Source: Rivularia sp. (in: cyanobacteria) (GTDB taxonomy: Bacteria; Cyanobacteriota; Cyanobacteriia; Cyanobacteriales; Nostocaceae). Taken from it: a stretch of DNA of 64,000 nt. A model generated the notes under the pieces. It searched no databases. It was not told where the DNA came from and saw only the letters and a list, made by a program, of their open reading frames with translations. A program made the translations under genes and the position numbers. Shown here one piece after another: positions 52,392 through 63,495 of this stretch (its first letter is position 1; the number at the start of each line of letters is the position of its first letter). The stretch lies in the NCBI GenBank assembly GCA_965234645.1, contig OZ248344.1, positions 3,485,673 through 3,549,672 of the forward strand. The letters are read 5' to 3'.

Positions 52392-54317
52392 TTATCTTCT
52401 TTTGATGTAACTTAAAATACCATCAGCAATACCTTGTGCCATTTGCTCGCGGTATTGAGGAGAAGCTAATTTTGCTGCATCTTCCCTGCCGGTAACATAA
52501 CCCGTTTCTACAAGAATTGCGGGCATAGAACTTTTTCTAAGTACGTAAAATCTCGCTTTTCGCACTCCTCTATCTCTAACATTTACGGAACTTAATATGC
52601 TGCTACGAACAGTCTGGGCGAGATTAGCACCACTGCTGTAATAGTAAACTTCTAAACCACTAACATCCGGACGACTCAACCCAACGGAATTAGCGTGAAT
52701 GCTGACAAATAAATCGGCATTTCTTTGTTCAGCTAAGTCTACTCTTCCTTGAAGACTGACGAAGAAGTCGGAATTACGAGTAAGTACTGCTTGCACTCCG
52801 TTTTGCTGCAAAATTTGTGCAACTCTCACACTAATAGGTAAAATAACATCTTTTTCTTGTAGTCCCCCGATACCGATCGCTCCTGGATCTTTACCACCAT
52901 GTCCGGGGTCAATAATAACTGAAACTCTACCCGACGGAACTCGCGATGATGGTAGTGTCCGCGATGTACTTGGCGGAAGAGTCATAATTGGACGACGGGA
53001 AGGTGTGGGAATCGTTTGAGATATGGGAGGTAAGCTACCAGATGTAACAGGAGGCGTAACTCGACGAACGCGCTGTAATTCTAAAGATAAAAGCTTGTTG
53101 CTAAATTGATTTAGTTCGCCAATTTGCACTCCAGATGCAGGCTGGACATAGATAGCAACTTTATTATCGTCAAGTTGTTGTAAACGTACTCGTAAAACCG
53201 GGCTATTAGCGTTAAATTTGGGACCTTTAACTTTAGATGCCAATTTTGCATTATTAATCGTGATGCGGTACAAACCAGATTGTCTATCCCAGCCACCAAT
53301 CGCAGATAGATTTCCATTTCCTCTAATTAGTAATTGGTTACTAGTAGGGGCTAGTTCTACAGATTCAATTGTTGCTACCCCTTTGCTTGCAGTTGAGACT
53401 GGTGGAACGGGAAAAGAATTTGATTGACTGCTAACGGATGAATCAGAACTACTAGAACTACTAGAACTACTACCTCTAGTTAAACTACTAGCTAGACGGT
53501 TGGGTAGAACTATTAAAGCATTATTACCACTGGAAGAGGCTTGCCAATCGGGACTGTTCTTATCCAAGAGCAAAGTCATGCGAAGAACAGGTGATTTACC
53601 ATCAATTTGGCTGAATCGAATGCGGCTAACACCGTGCTTGTTAACTGATATCTCTTGTTGGACTCCCGACGACAAAGCCGCATCTGAAATATCGATGTTA
53701 ATTTCTTTGCGATCGCGAGTACGATTATAATCTTTAATTTTGGGTTTATTGCCGCTGGTACTCAGGTAAAATCCGTCTCCGGTGACTCGCAAACCTTCAA
53801 TTTTTGTTGCTGCATTTGAAGTGTTAGCAGCTATTGTTTCCGGCGGTGGAGTGTTAGTTGTTGGTTTAATTACACTATAAATACTTCTAGTAGATTTAAT
53901 AGAAGAAACAGCATTTTTTTCGGGTTTTGGGTCCGGCAGTTGCACCGTCCACTTGCTGGGGCTTATACCTACAAATTTTACTTGAGCGGGGTCAAGAGTA
54001 TAGCCGGGATTCATTTCGACAACTATACGAGCCGTTTGTGGATCAAACTGCCCGACACGAAGAGAACGAATAGCGCCGTCGCTTATCGGTTCGGTTAACT
54101 GGGGTCGCCCAAATGTCGTTCCCGGCAAATCAATTACCAAACGAGTAGGATTAAAAATTAATTGTGCTTGGGGTTGAACTGCATCGTCGGTTTGAAATTC
54201 CAGTTGGTTTTGATTGGCATTATAGCGCCAGGAAGACAGTTTTGCGCCGTGAGCGGGCGACGATAGCATTAGTACAGTTAAAGAAGTAGTACCAGATACT
54301 AACCAGTTTATTTTCAC
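52392..54317 (-). CDS. amiC2: N-acetylmuramoyl-L-alanine amidase with AMIN domains (AmiC2 position)
   Basis: Two AMIN domains (PTRLVIDL), IDPGHGGKDPGA, FVSIHANS, ILVETGY; second of a tandem pair upstream of murI. Confidence 0.88.
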   Translation of the reverse strand: MKINWLVSGTTSLTVLMLSSPAHGAKLSSWRYNANQNQLEFQTDDAVQPQAQLIFNPTRLVIDLPGTTFGRPQLTEPISDGAIRSLRVGQFDPQTARIVVEMNPGYTLDPAQVKFVGISPSKWTVQLPDPKPEKNAVSSIKSTRSIYSVIKPTTNTPPPETIAANTSNAATKIEGLRVTGDGFYLSTSGNKPKIKDYNRTRDRKEINIDISDAALSSGVQQEISVNKHGVSRIRFSQIDGKSPVLRMTLLLDKNSPDWQASSSGNNALIVLPNRLASSLTRGSSSSSSSSSDSSVSSQSNSFPVPPVSTASKGVATIESVELAPTSNQLLIRGNGNLSAIGGWDRQSGLYRITINNAKLASKVKGPKFNANSPVLRVRLQQLDDNKVAIYVQPASGVQIGELNQFSNKLLSLELQRVRRVTPPVTSGSLPPISQTIPTPSRRPIMTLPPSTSRTLPSSRVPSGRVSVIIDPGHGGKDPGAIGIGGLQEKDVILPISVRVAQILQQNGVQAVLTRNSDFFVSLQGRVDLAEQRNADLFVSIHANSVGLSRPDVSGLEVYYYSSGANLAQTVRSSILSSVNVRDRGVRKARFYVLRKSSMPAILVETGYVTGREDAAKLASPQYREQMAQGIADGILSYIKRR

Positions 54318-55223
54318 AGCGTTTTCTCCTAATCGGTATTTTATTGATAACTATTAATCTGTAAAAGTGTTTGTACTTCATGCTCCGATATAAAATCAAG
54401 CATTGCCGTTGTCAATTCCGGACAAAGCCGTAGGTATTAAAGACCTCGTTAATTGTATTAACCGTCTCGATCGAGCTTTTTATTTATCTGCCTCAAGGAC
54501 ATAATTATTTGCTTTTTAGCACTTGATTATACCAACACCCAGTTAATTAAAGTTTAACTTAGCTGTAAAATTAAATCAGTGACATTTTATTCAACTCATA
54601 ATTTATATTGGACGTGTAATTGAAATCTCTTGATGGTGTTGGTAAAAAATATAGTTATTTCTGGCGCTGCATTGCTCCCATAGATGAATTGTAATAAATA
54701 GATTTAAAGATAAGTAGTTCTAGCTTGACTTGACTTTAATCTTAAAACAGGTAACTAGTTTTAAGATTAGAATAATTTCAAAAAATATCTGGTTATTGCT
54801 TACGTTTTTAAAGAAAATGTTCCCCGATTTACAAAAAATAATACTCTACGTTAGAAACTAACTAGGGCGATATAGGAAAAAACTATAAAACAGATTTCGA
54901 GTAATGGCTATCTGAAAAAATAGGATTTATTTTTGGATTTTCCTTTCGCTTATTGCCTGTAACAGGACGATAGGCTTGTTTAAAATCAGTTTGATGACTT
55001 GATTTTTTTTAAGAAGTTGAGCTTGAACATGAAATATGGGATTATAGATACAAATAAGATTTAAAAGCGCATTATAACCATATATCTAATTTGATAATGT
55101 TTTAAGGTAGCACTTTAATTGAGTTTTTTATCCATAAAAAAAAATATCGCAACAAGAAATGTTTAATTCAATTCAATCTCCGGTGCCAGTCTCAATACTA
55201 ATCGAGGCAGGTAAATAAAATAG

Positions 55224-55258
55224 GGGAATCCTTACCCGCTTGAGAGCAAGAATTCCCC
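55224..55258 (-). terminator. Putative terminator downstream of amiC1
   Basis: GGGGAAT..ATTCCCC stem. Confidence 0.45.
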
Positions 55259-55350
55259 TATAATAACCGTTCTTTTTGATTAAATAGGCAAATTTGTAAT
55301 ATGTAAATTTACCCAACTTTACCCATTACTTACGGTCTATTTATATATTT

Positions 55351-57246
55351 TTACCTACGCTTGAGGTACCGCAAAATACCATCAGCAATTCCTTCTGCCA
55401 TTTGATCTCGGTACCAAGTTTGGCTTAACTTGGCAGCATCTTCTCTACCAGTTACGTAACCAGTTTCTACCAAAATGGCTGGCATAGAAGTTTTACGGAG
55501 TACGTAAAATCTAGCTTGCCGTATTCCTCGGTCTTTAACTTTAACTTTTTGGGTAATGCTTCTGCGGACAGTATCCGCAAGTGCTTTACCACTGTCATAG
55601 TAATAAACTTCTAAGCCGCTAATATCAGGACGACTTAAACCTAATGAATTGGCATGGATGCTGACAAATAGAGCGGCATTGCGTTGATCGGACATCACGA
55701 CTCGTCCTTGGAGACTGACAAAATAGTCGGTGTTACGGGTGAGTACTGCATTGACTCCATTTTTCCGCAAAATTTCAGCGACTTTTTGACTGATAGACAA
55801 GATTACATCTTTTTCTCGCAGTCCGCCAATACCAATTGCACCTGGGTCTTTACCACCATGTCCGGGGTCAATCATAACTGTCACCTGACCTCTAGGAGCC
55901 GGACTTGGTGCTGGATTTGGCTTGGGCTTAGGAGGAACGGGAACTGGTTTAGAACCTGCAACTGGATTCGGTTGTGGAATAGGAGGTAAAACAACTGGCG
56001 GTTTGACTGCACTATTACGCTGCAATTCTAAAGATAATTTGTCTCCTCGGACATCAAGTCTTCCGAAATTAACATTAGATGCTGGCAAAATGTAGATAGC
56101 AACAGTATTTGCGTCTTGCTGTTGCATACGTACCCGCAACACAGAACTATTAGGTTTAAAATCTGGACCTTTAACAGAAGAGGCTAAGCGAGCATTGGGA
56201 ATCAGAATTCTGTACATTGCAGTAGTTTTATCCCAACTGCTGGTACTTCCAGATAATGATTTATTAGCCTTGACAACTAATTTCTTGCCATTATCATCCA
56301 GTTCAACGGATTCAATTTCAGCTACAGACTTATTAACCGATCTGCTTGGTGGTGGTGATGGAGAAGGTATTGGTCGATTTACTGGTGGGTTGGGATTGCT
56401 ATTTGTAGGCAATTGAGTAACTTTAGCGTTGGGTAGCAAAACTATGCCGCCAAAACTGCTAATATTAGCTCGCCAATTGGGGCTATTTCTGTTTACCCGC
56501 AACCGAATACGAGTAGTTGTTGAGTTCAATTGCTTAAATTCAACTCCTACTACACCAAAACGATTCATCGAAAATTCGCCTCGCGGTAAGCCCGACGATA
56601 GTGTAGCTCCAGAAACATCTACATTGATAAATTCTTCACCATCGCGATTAACTTCTACCCCAGATGCTTTACCACCATTTGTACGGACAAAAAAGCCGTC
56701 ACCCGTTGGAAGTATTCTTTCAATTTGAGCAGTATTTTGAGCAGTATTTTGAGCAGTAGTGATTACCGTTTGATTGCTAGTAGGAGGTGGACTACTAGGT
56801 GCTGTATTACTGGTTCGTACTACGCTGTAAATACTTCTTTCGTTATTTGTGTTCTCAAGTTGTGGTGAAGGTAATTTTACTCTCCAACGACTCGGACTTA
56901 CTCCTTCAAATTTGATTTGATTTGGGTCTAAAGTATAACCGGGGCTTAATTCCACCACCATGCGCGTGGTTTCGGGGTCGAATTGACCGATACGGACGTT
57001 ACTAACAGCACCACCTACAGATTTTTTAAGTTGCGGACGACCAAATTCAACTCCAGGTAAATCAATTACTACGCGAGTTGGATTGAAAATTAGTTGCGCC
57101 TTCGGTTGTACAGCAGCATCAGTATTAAACTCAAGGCTATTTTGATTCGCGTCAAAATTCCAAGACTCTAGCTCAGCTGCATCCGCAGGCGACGATAACA
57201 GGGAGACAGTTAAAAAAGTCCCGGGTATTAACCAGTGTAGTTTCAC
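55351..57246 (-). CDS. amiC1: N-acetylmuramoyl-L-alanine amidase with AMIN domains (AmiC1 position)
   Basis: Same architecture; first of the tandem pair. Confidence 0.88.
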   Translation of the reverse strand: MKLHWLIPGTFLTVSLLSSPADAAELESWNFDANQNSLEFNTDAAVQPKAQLIFNPTRVVIDLPGVEFGRPQLKKSVGGAVSNVRIGQFDPETTRMVVELSPGYTLDPNQIKFEGVSPSRWRVKLPSPQLENTNNERSIYSVVRTSNTAPSSPPPTSNQTVITTAQNTAQNTAQIERILPTGDGFFVRTNGGKASGVEVNRDGEEFINVDVSGATLSSGLPRGEFSMNRFGVVGVEFKQLNSTTTRIRLRVNRNSPNWRANISSFGGIVLLPNAKVTQLPTNSNPNPPVNRPIPSPSPPPSRSVNKSVAEIESVELDDNGKKLVVKANKSLSGSTSSWDKTTAMYRILIPNARLASSVKGPDFKPNSSVLRVRMQQQDANTVAIYILPASNVNFGRLDVRGDKLSLELQRNSAVKPPVVLPPIPQPNPVAGSKPVPVPPKPKPNPAPSPAPRGQVTVMIDPGHGGKDPGAIGIGGLREKDVILSISQKVAEILRKNGVNAVLTRNTDYFVSLQGRVVMSDQRNAALFVSIHANSLGLSRPDISGLEVYYYDSGKALADTVRRSITQKVKVKDRGIRQARFYVLRKTSMPAILVETGYVTGREDAAKLSQTWYRDQMAEGIADGILRYLKRR

Positions 57247-57921
57247 AGTGCTTTCTCCTAAGTCGCATTTACGAGAGCGGTTAATCTATAAAAAGTTTCA
57301 ATTCTTACTCGTACTATCAAAGCTAGAACCGTCATTAAAGATAAATATGTTACCAGTGTTGCTTGCCGGAATAGACAATTTTTTACTACTATACGTCTAC
57401 AGTTGAAAACGCTTCTTGAAAAAGGACGCGGTTAGCTGTTGGCTAGAAATTGTAGCACGATAAATTCTGATTGTATGTTGTTATAGCAATAAATTCTGCG
57501 TATAAAACATACTATTTGAACCCACAAACAGATAACAAGAATCAACTATTACAGTCAATGCTAGTTAGAGATACTATGCAGGGCAAAGGCATTTTTGAAA
57601 TTTTGAAATGAAGCGGTAATGAATGCACCGAGTAAAAATTATCGGCTTTAAAAGTAGTACGGTGAGATGCAAAACTTGAAAAAATATTCAAGTAATTGAT
57701 GCCGAACTTTATGTAAAAAAGCTCGTAAAAATTATAATTAAAAGGGACGGAGATTTTTTGAAATAAGTTTCCGTTGGTATAATAAACACTTAAGCATCAA
57801 TAATTTTATAACCGTGTTTTTTGGTTTACTGAAGTGAAAACGCTTAGATTCACAGTAATCAATCAGACTTTTTCTATATTTGCCACGATTTTGGACTATA
57901 AGATTTACAGTTATCAAAATA

Positions 57922-58335
57922 TTAGGAAAGAAAATGGTCTTTTTTCCTTGCTGTTGTAAAGCTATTCCTTGCCCCTTCAACTTGTGAAGATGAACAAAAA
58001 ACCTGGTAATCTGAGTTCGATTCAGTTTGCCCTTCACGACTAGCTTTTGGAAAATAAGGGCTGCGTAAGATCGTTTCTTGAGGTTCGGGAAACCGTAATA
58101 GAAGAGCCAAAAAGTTGGTTAGAATAGCCATCCTCGATCGCAGTTCTTAAACACTAATGCCACCTCGAAACGAGGAATCATTCCCACACCAATCGCCGGG
58201 AGCGATTAATTTGAGGTTGATTAAAAACACTAAAACCTGTGATAACTTTACTTGCGATCGCAACCCCAATCAGGAAAGTTGCCATAATTAAACCGTAACT
58301 GCTCGATTGAATACGCTTAAATCGGTCTTCGTGTC
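57922..58335 (-). pseudogene. C-terminal relic of a cation/H+ (NhaS3-like) antiporter
   Basis: Successive frames give KTDLSVFN, GLIMATFLIGVAIASKVITGFSVF, AIGVGMIPRFEVALVF, MAILTNFLA..LLRF; several frameshifts and no N-terminus. Confidence 0.72.
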
Positions 58336-58354
58336 AATAGTAATAAACAAAAAA

Positions 58355-58765
58355 TTAGCGAATATCGCCCTGTTTCTCTAGTAAGCGCTGCCAATATTCA
58401 GGTAAAACTGGAACTATTGATAGTCTCGGCAAGCGCAATAAATCAAAACCGACAAATTTTTCGTCTTGCTTGATTTGCTTTAAAGTAATAGGCTCGGTCA
58501 ATTTCCGTACTGCCTGTATATTTATAACCAATCTTTTAAGATCGTTTAATTTTGGATCGGGATATGCAATACTCGCGACTCGTGCAAATCCGATAATTCT
58601 TCGTTCTTTACCAGTATGATAAATCAATGCTTCTTCACCCGTCTGCATTGTACGCATATTTTTAAGAGCAAGGGCATTTTTGACTCCATCCCATACCGCA
58701 GTCTTTTCTTTTTCTAAATCGGCATAAGAATACTCGTTAGGTTCGGTTTTCAACAACCAATTCAT
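58355..58765 (-). CDS. EVE-domain protein
   Basis: WLLKTEPNEYSY, WDGVKN, LIYHTG, RLSIVPV. Confidence 0.92.
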   Translation of the reverse strand: MNWLLKTEPNEYSYADLEKEKTAVWDGVKNALALKNMRTMQTGEEALIYHTGKERRIIGFARVASIAYPDPKLNDLKRLVINIQAVRKLTEPITLKQIKQDEKFVGFDLLRLPRLSIVPVLPEYWQRLLEKQGDIR

Positions 58766-58923
58766 ATCTAATTCTTTATTTGTAATTAAATCAAATCATA
58801 AATCTTTTTCTATACACGTTACCCTTTTCTTTCAAAACTGATTCAACAAACAGGAACATTGAAACTCAGTAAATACTCTAAGTAAAATATCAAAGATAAT
58901 AATTTAATTAGGAGTAAAATATT

Positions 58924-59670
58924 ATGAATAAAATGCAATTATTCGGCTATAAATTGCAGGGTTACAAAAATTTATGGAAAACTTTACCCATTGCGTTTTT
59001 AGTCAGCGTTGCTTCCGTTCAACCTGGTTGGGCAGAAGAGAAAATAATGTTAAGAACATTAACAGTTACCGGGCAAGGAGTAGAAACGATTCCTACAACT
59101 TTGTCTAAAGTGAGTTTGGGAGTGCAGGTGAACGGTAAAACAGCAAACGCCGTACAGCAAGAAGCCGCTCGTAAATCTAATGCTGTCGTAACATTACTTA
59201 AATCGCGGAATGTAGAGAAGTTAGAAACCACTGGCATCCGACTCAATCCAGCGTACAGTTACAAAGACAATGTACGCAAAGTTGAAGGTTACGAAGCTAC
59301 AAATATCGTCAGTTTCCGCGTACCTACCGAAAAGGCTGGCAATTTATTGGATGAAGCGATAAAAGCCGGTGCAACGCGAATTGATAGCGTTCAATTTGTA
59401 GCTACCGAAGAAGCAACAACTCAAGCAAGACAGCAAGCACTCAAAGAAGCAACTCAAGACGCTCGAAAACAAGCCGATGCAGTTTTTTCTAGCTTGGGTT
59501 TTAAGCCGAAAGAAATAGTTAATATTCAAGTCGGAAATGCTTCTGTGCCTGAGCCAATTTTGTATCGAAATCCAGTTCCACAAGCAGCAAGTGCAGAAGC
59601 TGCGCCCACTCCTGTAGTTGGCGGGGAACAAGAAGTGGGAGCATCTGTTACTTTGCAAATTAGTTATTAG
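58924..59670 (+). CDS. SIMPL (DUF541) domain protein
   Basis: Signal peptide, LTVTGQG, GYEATNIVSF, QEVGASVTLQISY. Confidence 0.9.
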   Translation: MNKMQLFGYKLQGYKNLWKTLPIAFLVSVASVQPGWAEEKIMLRTLTVTGQGVETIPTTLSKVSLGVQVNGKTANAVQQEAARKSNAVVTLLKSRNVEKLETTGIRLNPAYSYKDNVRKVEGYEATNIVSFRVPTEKAGNLLDEAIKAGATRIDSVQFVATEEATTQARQQALKEATQDARKQADAVFSSLGFKPKEIVNIQVGNASVPEPILYRNPVPQAASAEAAPTPVVGGEQEVGASVTLQISY

Positions 59671-59853
59671 TAGTTAGTTGTTAGTAGTTAGTGGTTAGTG
59701 GTTAGTCGTTAAAATCACCGAATATTAACTTAAAATTTACGTCACCTAAAAGAGAAATTAAATATTCCAGACATTTAAATTCCCTAACCTCCTCTTTACA
59801 AGAAAGCTATCCGTGAGTTTCATAATAACCAACTACTAACCACTAACTACTAA

Positions 59854-60213
59854 TTAAAAATGTTCTGAATCGTTATCGATCGCTTCAGTTTCGGTATCTC
59901 GCCTAGAACCTAATAACTGTAAATCGTCTACTAAAATAACTGGTGAAGAACGAAGTACGCCTGTGGAGCGATCGTTCCAGCTATCTAACTTCAGGGAACC
60001 TCTGACGGCGATTTGTTTACCCTTACGCACGTAACTATTGGCAATCTCTGCTGTTTTACCCCATAGTTCGAGGTTAAACCAATCTGGTCCGCTGTCTTTT
60101 TTACGGCGGTCTACTGCTAGTGTTAATCTACACTTGACACTACCAGAGTCAAAATATCTCATTTCGGGGTCGGTACCTACACGACCGACAAGGTGAACAA
60201 CATTAATACTCAT
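59854..60213 (-). CDS. ssb: Single-stranded DNA-binding protein
   Basis: INVVHLVGRVGTDPE, DWFNLELWGKTAE, GKQIAVRGSL. Confidence 0.93.
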   Translation of the reverse strand: MSINVVHLVGRVGTDPEMRYFDSGSVKCRLTLAVDRRKKDSGPDWFNLELWGKTAEIANSYVRKGKQIAVRGSLKLDSWNDRSTGVLRSSPVILVDDLQLLGSRRDTETEAIDNDSEHF

Positions 60214-60546
60214 ATGTTTCTGCTTTTAGTACTAGTGTACTTTTAAATGTTGATTCCTATAATAGCGGATTAGAACATATTTGACGTAGTGTTAGATAAT
60301 TAACAACATAATTTATCAAATAGATGATAAAAATAACTATACCTAAATTGCAAAAGCATACTGATAGATCGATTAAATCCAAGAAGATAAAAATCAAAGG
60401 GGACCCGACATAGTAAAGATTCAGAAAAGATATATAAAAAGTTAATCTACTTTACTAGACTAAGGTCAAAAAAAATAATAGAATCCAGCACGATTGGGTA
60501 TTTCCGTCGTAGTAAAAAATAACCAGAATAGGGGGCGTAGAAACGC

Positions 60547-61590
60547 GTGGGTCTTTTCAGTAAGTTTTCCTTGTCGCGGGATATGGGTATCGACCTGGGT
60601 ACTGCTAACACTCTCGTTTATGTTTCTGGTAAAGGCATTGTACTCCAAGAGCCGTCAGTTGTTGCCATAGACCAAATTGAAAAGGTAGCGCTGGCTGTTG
60701 GAGAAGATGCTAAGAAAATGCTCGGTAGGACTCCTGGGAATGTAATCGCATTGCGTCCTTTACGCGATGGTGTAATTGCTGACTTTGATACTGCTGAGTT
60801 GATGCTGAAGCATTTTATTCAGCGCGTTAACGAGGGCAAATCTTTAGTTTTACCTAGAATTGTAATTGGCATCCCTAGTGGTGTAACTGGGGTTGAAAGA
60901 AGGGCTGTGATGGATGCTGCTTCCCAAGCAGGGGCTAGAGAAGTTTATCTAATCGATGAACCTGTAGCAGCAGCGATTGGGGCAGGACTGCCGGTAGCCG
61001 AGCCTACTGGTAATATGATTATTGATATTGGTGGTGGTACCACCGAAGTTGCAGTATTGAGTCTTCAAGGTACGGTGCTGAGCGAATCAGTACGTATTGC
61101 TGGAGATGAATTAACCGAATCAATTATCCAGTATATGAAGAAAGTTCATAACTTGGTGATTGGGGAACGTACAGCAGAAGATATCAAGATTCGTATTGGT
61201 TCTGCTTATCCAACTCATGATGATGAAGAAGCCATCATGGAAGTTCGAGGTTTACACCTACTTTCTGGTCTACCAAGAACGGTAACAATTAAAGGACCAG
61301 AAATCCGTGAAAGTATGGCTGAACCGCTTTCAGTTATTATTGAAGCGGTGAAGCGGACGTTAGAACGTACACCTCCAGAATTGGCAGCAGATATTATTGA
61401 CAGGGGTATTATGCTTGCTGGTGGTGGTGCTTTGCTAAAAGGCATAGATACTTTAATCAGTCATGAAACGGGAATTGTAACACACGTTGCAGCCGACCCT
61501 TTAAGCTGTGTGGTTTTGGGTACTGGTCGCGTTTTAGAAAATTTCAAGCAGTTAGAACGGGTATTCAGCGGACGTTCTCGCAATATGTAG
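60547..61590 (+). CDS. mreB: Rod shape protein MreB
   Basis: GIDLGTANT, RPLRDGVIADF, DIGGGTTE, LAGGGALL. Confidence 0.97.
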   Translation: MGLFSKFSLSRDMGIDLGTANTLVYVSGKGIVLQEPSVVAIDQIEKVALAVGEDAKKMLGRTPGNVIALRPLRDGVIADFDTAELMLKHFIQRVNEGKSLVLPRIVIGIPSGVTGVERRAVMDAASQAGAREVYLIDEPVAAAIGAGLPVAEPTGNMIIDIGGGTTEVAVLSLQGTVLSESVRIAGDELTESIIQYMKKVHNLVIGERTAEDIKIRIGSAYPTHDDEEAIMEVRGLHLLSGLPRTVTIKGPEIRESMAEPLSVIIEAVKRTLERTPPELAADIIDRGIMLAGGGALLKGIDTLISHETGIVTHVAADPLSCVVLGTGRVLENFKQLERVFSGRSRNM

Positions 61591-61681
61591 GAACGCGATC
61601 GCTATGTAAGATATTGGATTTTTTATACAATCCGATATCTTCTTAATTAATAAATTAAAATTCTGCTATACAAAGGTTTAT

Positions 61682-62455
61682 ATGTTTACTGTACGTCGCT
61701 GGTGGGAGCGTAAAGGATTACATTTAGGGTTATTAGTTTTAGTGGTTGGCGGTGCTGTATTTATTCGCCAAACTCAAGGTGAACTTTTGGTTGAGTTTTA
61801 CGACGGTATTACTCGTCCGCTTGAGGTGTTCCAAACCAAACCAAATCAACAAGAATATCTCAAGGATGCCAAGGTACAAGAACTGCAAACTAAGATAGTT
61901 GAATTAGAAAGCCAGAATAAGAATCTCAAGGCTTTATTAAAGTATGTAGAAAAAGAACCAAAAAATGCACCTACAGTTCCGGCTCGCGTGGTTGGGCGTA
62001 GTGCAGACAACTGGTGGCAGCAGGTGACTTTGAATCGCGGTAGCCTTATGGGAATCAAATCCGGTTATATCGTTAAAGCTGAAGGCGGTTTGGTAGGGTT
62101 GATAGACAGCGTAACTCCCAATACTAGCCGCGTGCTGTTAATCAGCGATATGAATTCACAAGTAGGGGTAAATGTTAGCCGCACTGGAGCTAAAGGTATT
62201 TTACGAGGAGATGGTTCTGATGATGCAGTATTGGAATTTTATGAGAAAGTTCCAAATGTAAAACCGGGAGATGTGGTTTCTACATCAACTTATAGTTCTA
62301 AGTTTCCTTCGGGCGTACCTATAGGAAAAATAAAATCATTAGATTTAAAGAGACTTCCCGCATCAGTTGCAATAGTAGAGCTTTTCCCGCCGATTCGTTC
62401 TCTTGACTGGGTAACGGTTAATCCCAAGCCAGCCGTACCAGCACCAAAAAATTAA
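61682..62455 (+). CDS. mreC: Rod shape protein MreC
   Basis: TM, coiled coil, LNRGS..GLVG, VSTSTYSSKFPSGVPIG. Confidence 0.93.
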   Translation: MFTVRRWWERKGLHLGLLVLVVGGAVFIRQTQGELLVEFYDGITRPLEVFQTKPNQQEYLKDAKVQELQTKIVELESQNKNLKALLKYVEKEPKNAPTVPARVVGRSADNWWQQVTLNRGSLMGIKSGYIVKAEGGLVGLIDSVTPNTSRVLLISDMNSQVGVNVSRTGAKGILRGDGSDDAVLEFYEKVPNVKPGDVVSTSTYSSKFPSGVPIGKIKSLDLKRLPASVAIVELFPPIRSLDWVTVNPKPAVPAPKN

Positions 62456-62479
62456 GATATAAGATACACCGTAAGTAAG

Positions 62480-63109
62480 ATGAAAATTCTCAAATATCGG
62501 GAGAAGAAGAAACAAACTTCTGCACAGCCTCCATCCCGACGCAAAAAACCTAAAAAACGCATCAAACCTATTTCTCGCTGGCATCCTAGCTTGCGTCAAA
62601 TGACCGATTGGGGAATAATCGCTGCGTCTGTATTATTATGTTTATTTCTGTTACCGAATCGCTTTCCCGGTATGGAATTGTTGGGAATTGGCGCTAACTG
62701 GCTGTTAATTTGGGTTGTGGCTTGGAGTGTCAAGCGATCGGCGTTTCAAGGTGCTTTTGCGGGCATAGTTTTAGGTTTGCTTCAAGATGGAATGACATCA
62801 TCCCAACCAACTCATGCTTTAAGTTTGGGCTTGGTAGGTTTTTTAATAGGTTTGTTTCAAAAACAGCGTTTTATCCAAGAAGATTTTATTTCTATTGCTT
62901 TAATCGTCTTCGTGATGGCTATTTTATCGGATACGATTTTTGCTTTGCAGTTGATTGCAACAGGTACTGCTAGCTCAGATGTGATTTGGGCATATTACAA
63001 AAAAGTGACTCTAGCTTCCGCTATTCTTAGCAGTCTGTGGGCACCCGTAGTTTACTATCCTTTAAATCGTTGGTGGCAACAGTTGAAGTTAGCCGAGCAA
63101 TCGATTTAA
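62480..63109 (+). CDS. mreD: Rod shape protein MreD
   Basis: Multi-TM, WLLIWVVAWS, GLLQDGMT; follows mreC. Confidence 0.9.
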   Translation: MKILKYREKKKQTSAQPPSRRKKPKKRIKPISRWHPSLRQMTDWGIIAASVLLCLFLLPNRFPGMELLGIGANWLLIWVVAWSVKRSAFQGAFAGIVLGLLQDGMTSSQPTHALSLGLVGFLIGLFQKQRFIQEDFISIALIVFVMAILSDTIFALQLIATGTASSDVIWAYYKKVTLASAILSSLWAPVVYYPLNRWWQQLKLAEQSI

Positions 63110-63111
63110 TT

Positions 63112-63250
63112 TGGCATGGGGCATTGGGCATGGGGCATGGGGCATTGGGATAGCTCACAAAGTTAGGAGTAGCGAGTAGCAAGTAGTGACTTGGAAACTA
63201 ATTTCTCCTTGTCTCCCCATCCCCCCATCCCCCCATCTCCCCATCTCCAA
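63112..63250 (+). repeat. STRR-type arrays (GGCATGG/GGCATTG)n and (CCCCATC)n
   Basis: Seen directly after mreD. Confidence 0.85.
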
Positions 63251-63253
63251 TTA

Positions 63254-63299
63254 AAGGAGGAAGGAATCCCGGTTAAGACCGATCGATTCCTTCCTCCTT
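63254..63299. terminator. Long hairpin after mreD
   Basis: Perfect 15-bp stem AAGGAGGAAGGAATC/GATTCCTTCCTCCTT. Confidence 0.55.
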
Positions 63300-63495
63300 A
63301 ATTTTGTGGGAATATTTTTTTGGAATTTCTTGTGCTGGTGGCAATATGGATGCAAGGATTGATTAAAGTTTTTATATCGCAGGCTTTTATCGGGTTTGTG
63401 TCAATTTATCTGACTGAATTGATACTTTTGTTTCCTAATTTAGATAGAAAATTGATTATATTTACGCAAAAACCAAAACGCAAGTTCTCTTTATT

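Noticed and set aside
48545-54422. TCCGGA (DIF1-like) motifs at 48545, 51056 and 54417
   Set aside because: A 6-mer palindrome is expected several times by chance in 64 kb, and I could not assign matching -10 elements. TSS data are needed.
56720-56757. 12-bp in-frame repeat (TAQN x3) in amiC1 and 9-bp Ser repeat in amiC2
   Set aside because: Slippage in low-complexity linkers; no sign of function.
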